Shown in pieces: positions 28,206 through 37,595 of a stretch of DNA of 64,000 nucleotides. This DNA comes from Elainellaceae cyanobacterium (GTDB taxonomy: Bacteria > Cyanobacteriota > Cyanobacteriia > CAZCXK01): positions 1 to 64,000 of the forward strand of contig JBNPEG010000003.1 of NCBI GenBank assembly GCA_051117555.1, in the 5' to 3' direction. The notes below the pieces were generated by a model. That model saw only the letters and a list, made by a program, of their open reading frames with translations, had not been told where the DNA came from and did not search any database. How positions within the stretch are numbered: position 1 is the first letter of the stretch; each line of letters opens with the position of its first letter. A program made the translations under genes and the position numbers.

Positions 28206-30557
28206 ATGTCTGTTACCGTCGATTTTCTGCGTCATCTCAATCCATCTCAGCGTCGCGCAGTCGAGCATTTCTGCGGTCCGCTTTTGGTGGTTGCGGGTGC
28301 TGGCTCAGGGAAAACCCGTGCCCTCACCTATCGCATTGCCAATCTGGTGTTAACCCATCGCGTTAATCCTGAAAATATTTTGGCAGTCACCTTCACCAAC
28401 AAGGCTGCTAGAGAAATGAAGGAGCGAATCGAAAAGTTATTCGCAGACCAAGACGCTCAGGCGAAATATGGAAAGCCCCTGGAGGCGCTGACGGACTATG
28501 AGCAGACTAAGCTGCGATCGCACATCTATAAATCATTAACAAAAGACCTGTGGATTGGCACCTTCCACGCGCTGTGTTCTCGAATTTTGCGCTTTGACAT
28601 CGAGAAATATGAAAGCGCTAGCGGGTATCGATGGACGCGGAATTTTTCTATTTTTGATGAGTCGGATGCTCAGAGCCTCGTCAAAGATATCGTCGTCAAC
28701 CAGATGAACCTGGATGACAAGCGATTTGAGCCCCGCTCGGTTCGCTATGCCATCAGCAATGCCAAAAACCAAGGGCAAACTCCAGGAGACTTTGAGCAGG
28801 ATCAGCCCAACTATCGAGGCCGGGTGATTGCAGACGTCTATCGAGCCTATGAAAAGGCCCTCGCGGCCAATAATGCCTTAGATTTTGACGATTTGATTTT
28901 GATTCCGGTGCAGCTTTTCCAGCAAAATGAGCAAGTCCTAGCTTACTGGCATCAGCGATTTCGCCACATTCTAGTTGACGAGTATCAAGATACCAACCGC
29001 ACCCAATATAATTTCATCCGGCTGTTAGTCACTAATGGTAAGGATTCTAGCCAGTTTGATGAGTGGGGCTATCGGTCAATCTTTGTCGTTGGCGATGCAG
29101 ACCAGTCGATTTACTCCTTTCGAGCCGCTGATTTTACAATCCTAATGGACTTTCAGGGCGATTTTGGCGATCGCCTAACAGACGGTGACACGCGCACCAT
29201 GGTCAAACTCGAAGAAAATTACCGTTCGACCGAAAACATTCTGCAAATTGCCAATCAGCTCATCGAAAACAACACAGAGCGCATCGATAAGATCCTCAGA
29301 CCCACACGCGGAACGGGGGAGTCGGTCTATTGCTATCGGGCGGATGATGAAGGGGCAGAAGCTCGCTATGTCTTTGAGCAAATGCGCTCTCTGATGCGCA
29401 ACAATCCTGAACTCACCTGGGGCGACTTCGCGATTTTGTACCGAACGAATGCCCAGTCGCGAACGTTTGAGGAAGTTCTAGCCCGTCATCAGGTGCCTTA
29501 CAACATCGTGGGAGGGCTGCGATTCTACGATCGAAAGGAAATTAAAGATGTGCTGGCATACTTGCGCGTCATTGCGAATCCTGACGATACGGTGAGCCTG
29601 AAGCGTGTCATTAATACTCCCCGACGCGGTATTGGCAAAACCACCCTCGATCGGCTCGAAAAAGCAGCCCAAGAGCTAAATATGTCTCTCTGGCAAATTT
29701 TGAGTGATGAAACGTCTGCTACGACTCTTGCAGGGCGATCGTCAAAGTCGGTGATTGGCTTCGCACAGATGATTCACTCATGGCAGGAAAAAGCCGATAC
29801 GATGCCTGCCTCTCAGATTGTGCAGGGGATTTTAGACGATTCCCACTATGTGGCGGATCTAAGAGCCCAAGGAACAGAAGAGGCGAATGACCGACTAGGG
29901 AACGTTCAAGAGCTTTACAATGCGGTTCGACAATTTGAAGAAGAAAACGAAGACGCAAATTTGTATATGTTTTTAGCGAATGCGTCGCTTGCGTCGGATT
30001 TAGATAATCACGAAGAAGGACAGAATAAAATTTCGTTGATGACTCTACACTCATCGAAAGGATTGGAGTTTCCGATTGTCTTTTTGGTCGGTATGGAGCA
30101 GGGCTTGTTTCCCAACTATCGCTCGCTCGATGATCCGGCATCGTTGGAGGAAGAACGTCGGCTTTGTTATGTCGGCATCACTCGCGCCAAGGAACGTCTC
30201 TATCTTACCTATGCCCGCGAGCGCCGTCTGTATGGATCGCGGGAACCTGCAAGTCCGTCGCTATTCTTGGGTGAATTGCCTGCCGAGTTGCTGCTGAGCA
30301 ATGTTGCAACTGCAATTCCGCGCCGCATGACCACCCCGATTCGCGAGATTAAACAGCACTCCACTAATCGACCAGGCACCCATGAGGATGATTGGACGGT
30401 GGGCGATCGCGTCATTCACAAAGCATTTGGGCCGGGGCACGTCACTCATATTTTCGGAGCAGGCAACAAAATTTGCTTAGCAATTAAGTTTCCTAGCTTG
30501 GGGCAAAAGATTGTAGATCCTAGGCTGACTCCGCTTCAGCGAGTCGAATCAAGCTAG
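28206..30557 (+). CDS. pcrA: ATP-dependent DNA helicase PcrA/UvrD
   Basis: AGAGSGKT, TFTNKAA, VDEYQD, VGDADQSIY, LEENYRST, TLHSSKGLEF and EEERRLCYV. ATG 28206 preferred as start. Confidence 0.96.
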   Translation: MSVTVDFLRHLNPSQRRAVEHFCGPLLVVAGAGSGKTRALTYRIANLVLTHRVNPENILAVTFTNKAAREMKERIEKLFADQDAQAKYGKPLEALTDYEQTKLRSHIYKSLTKDLWIGTFHALCSRILRFDIEKYESASGYRWTRNFSIFDESDAQSLVKDIVVNQMNLDDKRFEPRSVRYAISNAKNQGQTPGDFEQDQPNYRGRVIADVYRAYEKALAANNALDFDDLILIPVQLFQQNEQVLAYWHQRFRHILVDEYQDTNRTQYNFIRLLVTNGKDSSQFDEWGYRSIFVVGDADQSIYSFRAADFTILMDFQGDFGDRLTDGDTRTMVKLEENYRSTENILQIANQLIENNTERIDKILRPTRGTGESVYCYRADDEGAEARYVFEQMRSLMRNNPELTWGDFAILYRTNAQSRTFEEVLARHQVPYNIVGGLRFYDRKEIKDVLAYLRVIANPDDTVSLKRVINTPRRGIGKTTLDRLEKAAQELNMSLWQILSDETSATTLAGRSSKSVIGFAQMIHSWQEKADTMPASQIVQGILDDSHYVADLRAQGTEEANDRLGNVQELYNAVRQFEEENEDANLYMFLANASLASDLDNHEEGQNKISLMTLHSSKGLEFPIVFLVGMEQGLFPNYRSLDDPASLEEERRLCYVGITRAKERLYLTYARERRLYGSREPASPSLFLGELPAELLLSNVATAIPRRMTTPIREIKQHSTNRPGTHEDDWTVGDRVIHKAFGPGHVTHIFGAGNKICLAIKFPSLGQKIVDPRLTPLQRVESS

Positions 30558-30589
30558 TTCATAAATGCCCGTTTTTTGACGGTTTGACT

Positions 30590-31882
30590 ATGGCATTTTA
30601 TCTTGGCATTGATTTTGGTACGTCAGGTGCACGAGCGATCGCCATTACAGCCGATCAAAATGTTTGCGCTGAAGTGCGCGTCGGCTTTTCCTCAGATTCG
30701 CTATCTGGCGGTCAACTGACCGACCGCTGGCAGAATGCGCTGATGTACCTGCTCAACCAACTCCCTAATCACGTCCGAAGTGGATTAAGGGCGATCGCCA
30801 TCAATGGCACCTCATCAACGGTGCTGTTGTGCGACGAAAAGGGGCATCCCATTACAGATCCCATTCTCTACAACGATGACCGAGGGAAATCGGTCTTAGG
30901 AATCTTGGAGGCGATCGCACCGCCCGACCATCCTGTGATGAGCGCGACATCGAGTCTTGCCAAATTCCTCTGGTGGACATGCCAACGGGCGATCGCCGAG
31001 CGCAAGTTCAATTCTCAATCCACAAATGCCCCTCTTTATTTCCTTCATCAGGCCGACTGGCTTGCATTTCTGCTACACGGAAAACTCGGCATCAGCGACT
31101 ATCACAATAGCCTCAAACTTGGCTACGATGTCGGCAATCTTTGCTATCCTGACTGGATGCAAAAGGTGCCCAACGAATTTCAGTGTCCTCAGGTAATAGC
31201 ACCCGGAACTCCGATTGGCTCAATTCAGCATGACATTGCGAGTCGTTTGCAGATCCCAGCAGACTGTCGAGTGTGTGCAGGAACTACAGACAGTATTGCA
31301 GCGTTTTTGGCCAGTGGGGCTCATGTACCCGGTGAAGCAGTGACATCGCTTGGCTCAACGCTTGTGCTGAAACTTCTAAGCACCAATCGAGTCGACAATG
31401 CGCACTACGGCATTTATAGCCACCGTCTCGGCGACCTATGGCTCGTTGGCGGCGCATCCAATACGGGTGGAGCAGTATTGAGTCAATTCTTCGATAGTCA
31501 GGAATTGCAGTCCCTGAGTGAACGCATTGATCCCAATCGTGAAAGCCCACTCGATTACTATCCCTTAACCAAACCTGGCGAGCGTTTCCCCATCAGTGAT
31601 CCCCAGTTTTCTCCTCGGCTGACCCCTCGTCCCGAACAGTCCGTTGATTTTCTCCACGGGCTTCTAGAAAGTATCGCCCGAATTGAAGCGATGGGCTATC
31701 AGCGATTACAAGAACTGGGCGCAACACCACTATCGCAAGTGTATACGGCTGGAGGAGGTGCTCAAAATTCAACATGGACGAGTATACGAGCCCGTCATCT
31801 AAATGTTGAATTAGCTCAGCCCATTCATCGAGAAGCAGCATATGGTACGGCTCTGCTAGCCCTTCGCAGGCAAGCCATCTAG
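30590..31882 (+). CDS. FGGY-family carbohydrate kinase (ribulose/xylulose kinase-like)
   Basis: GIDFGTSGAR, GTSST, GTTDSIAA, SLGSTL, GGASNTGG and TAGGGA. Confidence 0.88.
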   Translation: MAFYLGIDFGTSGARAIAITADQNVCAEVRVGFSSDSLSGGQLTDRWQNALMYLLNQLPNHVRSGLRAIAINGTSSTVLLCDEKGHPITDPILYNDDRGKSVLGILEAIAPPDHPVMSATSSLAKFLWWTCQRAIAERKFNSQSTNAPLYFLHQADWLAFLLHGKLGISDYHNSLKLGYDVGNLCYPDWMQKVPNEFQCPQVIAPGTPIGSIQHDIASRLQIPADCRVCAGTTDSIAAFLASGAHVPGEAVTSLGSTLVLKLLSTNRVDNAHYGIYSHRLGDLWLVGGASNTGGAVLSQFFDSQELQSLSERIDPNRESPLDYYPLTKPGERFPISDPQFSPRLTPRPEQSVDFLHGLLESIARIEAMGYQRLQELGATPLSQVYTAGGGAQNSTWTSIRARHLNVELAQPIHREAAYGTALLALRRQAI

Positions 31883-31916
31883 GGTGAGAAATTGTCTAGA
31901 TGGCAGCTAGATGGAT

Positions 31917-32414
31917 TTAACGGTAGTTCGTAAATTGCAGCGCAACCGGAAAATCTTCTTGTTTGATAAGCTGCATGGCATCCTGCAAATCATCTTTTGA
32001 TTTGCTTGATACGCGTACTGAATCTCCCTGGATGGATGCTTGCACTTTCTTCAATTCATTGCGAATCAGCTTGGAGATTTGCTTGCTGATGTCCTGACTA
32101 ATGCCTTGTTGCAGTTTGATCTCTTGGCGTACTCGATTACCGCTCGCAGATTCGACCTTGCCATAGTCAAAAATTTTGAGAGAGAGATTGCGTTTTGCGG
32201 CTTTCGTTTGTAAGACCGTGTGCACAGACTGTAACGTGAATTCACTGTCTGTATTGATGACAATAGAATCGTCACCCAACTCTATCGTCGTATTGGTGTC
32301 TTTGAGGTCGTAGCGACTTTTGATTTCGCGCATGGTTTGATCGATGGCATTGACGAGTTCTTGCCGATCAAAATCGCTCACGATATCAAATGAATATGTA
32401 GAAGCCATAGACAA
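31917..32414 (-). CDS. yajQ: YajQ family (cyclic di-GMP-binding) protein
   Basis: [27 protein letters not shown] and LQFTNYR. Confidence 0.93.
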   Translation of the reverse strand: MSMASTYSFDIVSDFDRQELVNAIDQTMREIKSRYDLKDTNTTIELGDDSIVINTDSEFTLQSVHTVLQTKAAKRNLSLKIFDYGKVESASGNRVRQEIKLQQGISQDISKQISKLIRNELKKVQASIQGDSVRVSSKSKDDLQDAMQLIKQEDFPVALQFTNYR

Positions 32415-32443
32415 TCCGAATCAGTCTCAATAGTTACACTCTA

Positions 32444-32512
32444 AGTGCCTGTCCGAAAATTCGCTAGAGTTTTTGGATTCTAAAACCCCTGACGGGTTTT
32501 CGGATAGGTGCT
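32444..32512 (+). repeat. Intergenic stem-loop with 20 contiguous pairs, 5 of them G-T (SDR-like element)
   Basis: AGTGCCTGTCCGAAAATTCG (32444-32463) pairs fully with CGGGTTTTCGGATAGGTGCT (32493-32512) only on the + strand. Confidence 0.65.
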
Positions 32513-32626
32513 AACTCGAAGGATAGTGGATATTCTTTTGTCATCCTACCAATGCTTACCCTAAATCGGCGATCGCCAAACACAGATTGATTCTAATGAC
32601 GAATGACTCACTAGAAAAATAGAGGC

Positions 32627-33061
32627 TCAAATGTCGAGTTGTAGCAAGCTTAAGACGAATAGCGTTCCAATGCTGAGCGATCCCACACCAAACATCAGCG
32701 ATCGCAAGAGAGGAATATCTAAAATATAGAACAGAGAATATAGCGCACGAGCAACAACATAGGCGATCGCAGCCCCCAACGCCCATACGCTATTTACACC
32801 CGTTACATATGCCATCAAGGCAGCAGCGGCGTAAATCATAAATGACTCAAACGAATTTTGGTGCGCCCATGCGGCTCGCTGAGCATAAGCGGGCAACTTG
32901 TCAAACATCGCCCGAGGCGTGTGTGTGTCATATCCGGCTTGCATCCGCCCATACCCGACGACACCAAACGGAGCATAAATCAATATAGATGCTGCAACGA
33001 TCGAATAGAGCAGCGTTGCAGAGGCAGGAATATCGAGCAACAAATTTTGCAGAAAAGCCAC
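32627..33061 (-). CDS. MAPEG family membrane protein
   Basis: AQRAAWAHQNSFE motif, ARALY and four hydrophobic segments. Confidence 0.87.
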   Translation of the reverse strand: MAFLQNLLLDIPASATLLYSIVAASILIYAPFGVVGYGRMQAGYDTHTPRAMFDKLPAYAQRAAWAHQNSFESFMIYAAAALMAYVTGVNSVWALGAAIAYVVARALYSLFYILDIPLLRSLMFGVGSLSIGTLFVLSLLQLDI

Positions 33062-33100
33062 AGTGCCCTCTTCAAGATGTCAAAATTTTGTAATCCAAAA

Positions 33101-33604
33101 CTAATCAAGGTAGAACAACGTAACAATCTTGCGCTGATCTTCAGCATCTTGGCACGTTGTCAGAAGAGTATGGCTATCGTGAAATGCAAAGCAAATTAAT
33201 TGCTGGCAGCGTGAAATAATTTCTTGGTTACACAAAGCGCTTGCTTCAGAGAGAGCCATATGGTCATTTTCAGGATTCTCGACCAAGTGAATCACATTCT
33301 CTAACTGCTTGCGAGATTCTCGGGGTTGGCGTCTTAAGCTCTGGGGGAGAATGACCGTAACTAGATTAGGATTGGCCCGCATCGCGCCTCGAATGGCGGC
33401 AGAATTAGTCCCTGTCGCTCCTGATGTCAACAAGGTGTTGCCGGCCTGCACTAGTGCAAAGCTAAGTAACTCGATCAGATTTTGATGAGTGATAGGAATA
33501 TGACGCGACCCTAGCAGTGCGATTCGCTTTGAGCCAGTCTGCTGAATCGTCGCTAACTCCTGAAGAAATTCATCTACCTTCGGTAGGTCTATCGATTGAC
33601 TCAA
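33101..33604 (-). CDS. DprA/Smf-like (SLOG/Rossmann) short protein
   Basis: IALLGSR, LTSGATGTNSAAIRGA, VILPQ and CNQEII. TTG at 33604 is preferred over the longer ORF, which overlaps the FHA gene. Confidence 0.75.
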   Translation of the reverse strand: MSQSIDLPKVDEFLQELATIQQTGSKRIALLGSRHIPITHQNLIELLSFALVQAGNTLLTSGATGTNSAAIRGAMRANPNLVTVILPQSLRRQPRESRKQLENVIHLVENPENDHMALSEASALCNQEIISRCQQLICFAFHDSHTLLTTCQDAEDQRKIVTLFYLD

Positions 33605-33734
33605 ATCCAATTCCAGACTGTACAACCTCGATATTCTAGCAGGTGTCGGTACGGTGTGTTGCAGCTTAGTTCCCGATATCAGAAGTTTTCTAGTCGGTAG
33701 TCTTCGATAAACACCCGAGATGCTCCTATCAGGG

Positions 33735-34451
33735 TCAAAATTTCGCGGATCGCATAAATTGGAGTGTTTCGTCGGACGGCAAACGATGAGTCTTTTCTTC
33801 GTTAGATTCAGATGCGATCGCCTGGTTCTGTGGCGGAGATGCCGGCACATGAGGGTTAGTTACCGGCAATGCTCCCGCTTCTGCTAGCCGATGCAGCATA
33901 TCCGATGAAATAGCGTCCAGTGATTTGGTCTTGTGACAAATGTAAAAATTAAAAGTTAATGTTCCTAATCGAATGCGATCGCCATCTCTAAGCCGAAAAC
34001 AGGGGCGGACTCGTTCACCGTTGACAAATGTTCCATTACTGCTGCCTAGATCTGTTATGTAAAAGTTTTGATCATCGGCATATCGAATGACGGCATGGCA
34101 GCGAGAAAGCCGACTATCACTAATTGGCATGACAACCTGCTTTGGATCGCGCCCCACCGTCCAAATGTGGTCAGATTGAAACCAGGATTGAGTCTTGCCA
34201 CCCAGAAGATTGGTAACGAGATACACGTCATTATTGAATACCAAGCCCTGCATAAAATAACGATTGACTCCAACTGAGGCTCGGCTACTCGAATTTTCTA
34301 GATTGAGAATTTCATCCAAAAGGCTTCGATTATGGTCATAAAGCTTTAGAAATAGCTGATAAAGTCCTAAGCGCTGCTTTAGCTCAGTGTCGCACTTAGA
34401 AGCGTTAAGAAAATCTGATGAATGAGCAATTAATGCGTTCGCGTCAAGCAT
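33735..34451 (-). CDS. FHA domain protein
   Basis: TVGR...LSRCHA...DLGSSNGTFVNG...GDRIRLG. Confidence 0.88.
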   Translation of the reverse strand: MLDANALIAHSSDFLNASKCDTELKQRLGLYQLFLKLYDHNRSLLDEILNLENSSSRASVGVNRYFMQGLVFNNDVYLVTNLLGGKTQSWFQSDHIWTVGRDPKQVVMPISDSRLSRCHAVIRYADDQNFYITDLGSSNGTFVNGERVRPCFRLRDGDRIRLGTLTFNFYICHKTKSLDAISSDMLHRLAEAGALPVTNPHVPASPPQNQAIASESNEEKTHRLPSDETLQFMRSAKF

Positions 34452-34779
34452 AGGTCAATACTTTCAAACCTGTATTCTGTCTATGCCAGAACCAACGAGA
34501 TGATCGATCTAAACCGATCGAAATTAGGGCTAGGGTTCGGGTGGAAAATCCCTTGCATCGCTCTGGCTAAATTAATATTAAATATCGCTGTCTTCCTATT
34601 CAGGATAAATTCGGAAGCCGAGTTTCGATAACCGCACAAATACGGGAAAATGAAGCGGCAACCCTATAGAGCTCATTAAATTACCTAGATTCTATAAATT
34701 GGGGACCCAGCCATGCTAAGCCCCATAATTCTTTAGACGCCTTCGTTGATTGCCCATAAGCCCGACCTGTGGCGCGGCG

Positions 34780-35652
34780 CTATCTCAAAAAGCTGAGCAA
34801 TTCTCGGTTAACAGTCAACGGAACTTCTTGCTGAATCCAATGCCCACATTGAGGAATAAACTTGAGACAGAATGGCGCTTTTACAAATTTTTCGAGCCCA
34901 TTAGTCAGTTGCTGAGTCAGCATTGAATCATCTTCTCCCCACAAAACGAGCGTAGGCACGGTGATGGGTTCGGGCGATCGCCCCCAATTTCTTAACCAAC
35001 TTTGAGGAGAGAGCATCTGGCGATAGTATCCAAGGGCAGCAGAAAGCGCGCCTGGCTTTTCTAATGCAGCTTGATAGATCTCTGTATCATTTTTGGTAAA
35101 TGCTCCTTTACGAATGGCTTGCTCTTGGAGCATATTCTCCACAAAGCTTTTGAGATTTGAGCGAATCAGCCGCTCGGGCAAATCAGGAATTTGAAACGCG
35201 AGGACATGCCAACTTCGGCGAAGCTGATCAAGGTTACCAATGAGCTCATGCATGAAACGCTGAGGATGAGGAGCATTTAGAACGGCTAGCCGATCGAGAC
35301 ACTGAGGGAATCGATGGGCGAGATTCCAGGCTATGGTTCCTCCCCAATCATGCCCAACAATATGAGCCCGTAGATAGCCTAGATTTTCAATTAATCCGTA
35401 GATGTCAGCGCTGAGAGTATCTAAATCGTAGCCATGACTAGGTTTGTCAGAGTCGTTGTATCCTCGCAAGTCGGGGACAACAACCCGAAAGTGCCGGGCT
35501 AACGCAGGAATTTGATAGCGCCACGAGTACCAAAACTCAGGAAACCCGTGAAGAAGAATGACGAGCTCTCCCTCTCCTTGAGTGACGCAATGAAGACGAA
35601 TCCGATTTGTTTCGACGAATAGATGTTGCCATCCACTACCAGCTATGTCCAT
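34780..35652 (-). CDS. Alpha/beta hydrolase, epoxide hydrolase-like
   Basis: LHGFPEFWYSWR, DLRGY, GHDWGG and CGHWIQQE. Confidence 0.92.
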   Translation of the reverse strand: MDIAGSGWQHLFVETNRIRLHCVTQGEGELVILLHGFPEFWYSWRYQIPALARHFRVVVPDLRGYNDSDKPSHGYDLDTLSADIYGLIENLGYLRAHIVGHDWGGTIAWNLAHRFPQCLDRLAVLNAPHPQRFMHELIGNLDQLRRSWHVLAFQIPDLPERLIRSNLKSFVENMLQEQAIRKGAFTKNDTEIYQAALEKPGALSAALGYYRQMLSPQSWLRNWGRSPEPITVPTLVLWGEDDSMLTQQLTNGLEKFVKAPFCLKFIPQCGHWIQQEVPLTVNRELLSFLR

Positions 35653-35909
35653 AAAAATAGAGAATGAAGGGGTGTTAACTCAACTTGGTAGATACGCTAA
35701 TGAATATTTACATTACGGTTTAGGGATTAAGCTTAACAGAATTTTGTAGTCCTCTACACCTTTCAATCCTATTGTGCATCGGTGACGCACAGAATTGTCG
35801 TAGGTAAATTCCTGGATATCAAATTATTGTGTTAATTTTTTGCGGCTGCTAGAAATTGCGATCGCATGACTCTCGGTTCACATTAAACGAAACTCAGTCA
35901 CAATAAATA

Positions 35910-36899
35910 ATGAGTGAGATGAGGGACTCTCCTATGTTGCCCGAATACCTCCGGATTGTTTCGCTGATTCCTAGTGCGACTGAAATTGTGGCTGCATTAG
36001 GCTTGGCAGATCGGCTAGTGGGTCGATCCCACGAATGTGACTATCCCCCTGATATTCGCGATCGCCCAGTATGCACCCGACCCCGGTTCAACACAGACGG
36101 ATCTAGCCCTGAGATTCACGCCCGTGTCACTGATCTACTGGAGTCTGCTCTCAGCATCTATTCCATCAAAACAGATGTTTTGAAAGATCTGCAACCCACA
36201 CACATCATTACCCAAGCTCAATGTGAGGTGTGTGCGGTCAGTCTTAGCGACGTGGAGGATGCTGTTGCCCAATTGACTGATACTCATCCTCAAATCATTT
36301 CTCTAGAACCCAAAGTCTTATCAGATATGCTGTCTGATATTTATCGAGTTGCTGAGGTTCTCGGCGTTGATGGTGAAGAGTTGGGAATTGAACTGAAGCT
36401 CCGCGTGGATACGTGTGCTCAAAAGACGCAATCTATCAATGAGTCTGATCGTCCTACGATTGCCTGTATTGAATGGACTGACCCATTAATGGCGGCTGGA
36501 AATTGGATACCGGAGCTCGTCAAATTGGCGGGGGGGCGATCGCTCTTTGGCGAAATTGGTCATCAATCTGCCTGGATCGATTGGGATAGCTTATGTGCTG
36601 CTAATCCTGATGTCATTGTATTTTTGCCCTGCGGATATGACTTAAATAAAACCCGTGAAGAGGTTCAGCCTCTAATCCACCGCCCAGAGTGGTCTGCTCT
36701 AAAAGCAGCGCAAACTGAACGGGTATATATTGCAGATGGCAATCAGTACTTTAACCGTCCGGGGCCTCGGTTAATCGATTCACTAGAAATTTTGGCAGAA
36801 ATCCTTCACCCCGAGCTATTTAATTTTGGATATCAGGAAAAAGGTTGGAAGTCTCTTCAAGAAGCGAGTCGGGTTACGAATCGCTCATCGGCTCAGTAG
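35910..36899 (+). CDS. Cobalamin/Fe-siderophore binding protein-like (BtuF fold), no evident signal peptide
   Basis: RIVSLIPSATE, VGRSHECDYP, QAQCEVCAV and FNRPGPRL. Confidence 0.8.
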   Translation: MSEMRDSPMLPEYLRIVSLIPSATEIVAALGLADRLVGRSHECDYPPDIRDRPVCTRPRFNTDGSSPEIHARVTDLLESALSIYSIKTDVLKDLQPTHIITQAQCEVCAVSLSDVEDAVAQLTDTHPQIISLEPKVLSDMLSDIYRVAEVLGVDGEELGIELKLRVDTCAQKTQSINESDRPTIACIEWTDPLMAAGNWIPELVKLAGGRSLFGEIGHQSAWIDWDSLCAANPDVIVFLPCGYDLNKTREEVQPLIHRPEWSALKAAQTERVYIADGNQYFNRPGPRLIDSLEILAEILHPELFNFGYQEKGWKSLQEASRVTNRSSAQ

Positions 36900-36956
36900 C
36901 AGGTAAGCGGCTCGATTCGCACATGTTTTGAAATAGTGTGTCTCTAGAATTTTGAT

Positions 36957-36989
36957 ATCTGAGGGGTTAGCCCCCCCAACCCCTCAGAT
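36957..36989. terminator. Perfect 12-bp inverted repeat between convergent genes
   Basis: ATCTGAGGGGTT / AACCCCTCAGAT with a 9-nt loop. Confidence 0.55.
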
Positions 36990-37120
36990 TGAGACATAGC
37001 GCCTCTATCGCAAGAGACGCGCCAAAAATATGTCATGTTCCAAAGATTGGTCATTTTCTAATTTATATGTCTTCTGATTCCTGCATTTTCTTGGGCGGTG
37101 CTAGCCGTGTTTGATGTATT

Positions 37121-37570
37121 TCACCCTGAGGATTGAAAGGGTTTTATCTGCTTTTGGCGCATTGCCCAGTCGAGTGCTATCTGAGCGATCGCAAATAGTA
37201 GAATGCTTTCGGTCACTCTCACGGCGAGCCAACCCCATTCACCTTGCATTACAATTCGATTCTCGATTGCAGCGAATCCTCGAACCAGCCCAAACGCCAG
37301 AACAGCTCCAGATTTGAGATGAGCGTTTTGATCCGTTCGGACAATGTAGCGGTAGGTGATGCCGAATAAGAACCCTGACACGAGTGCGATCGCCCCACTA
37401 ATCGCTGTTTGGAGATGAGTGAAACTGACAATCAGAATCGTTGGCAAATATTCATTCTGAAGAGATAGAAGCTGGTGAACCAGGATTGTAGTAGCAAACG
37501 TTGCGCCAGCCGCTCCGCTGCCTACAATTCCTGCTTTCAACGATTCGATGCGTTCTAAATTAGTATTCAT
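37121..37570 (-). CDS. Conserved hypothetical membrane protein
   Basis: Four hydrophobic segments with ERIESLKAG, FGITYRYIVR and HLKSGAVLAFGLVRG. Lies directly downstream of the radical SAM gene. Confidence 0.75.
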   Translation of the reverse strand: MNTNLERIESLKAGIVGSGAAGATFATTILVHQLLSLQNEYLPTILIVSFTHLQTAISGAIALVSGFLFGITYRYIVRTDQNAHLKSGAVLAFGLVRGFAAIENRIVMQGEWGWLAVRVTESILLFAIAQIALDWAMRQKQIKPFQSSG

Positions 37571-37595
37571 AGAAAAATAACCAATTTATGTTGAT

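Noticed and set aside
33605..33850. Long N-terminal extension of the DprA-like ORF
   Set aside because: It overlaps the FHA gene and looks non-protein-like. TTG at 33604 gives a plausible domain start.
35652..35910. Cobalamin riboswitch upstream of the BtuF-like gene
   Set aside because: No recognisable B12-box or conserved core in this AT-rich intergenic region.
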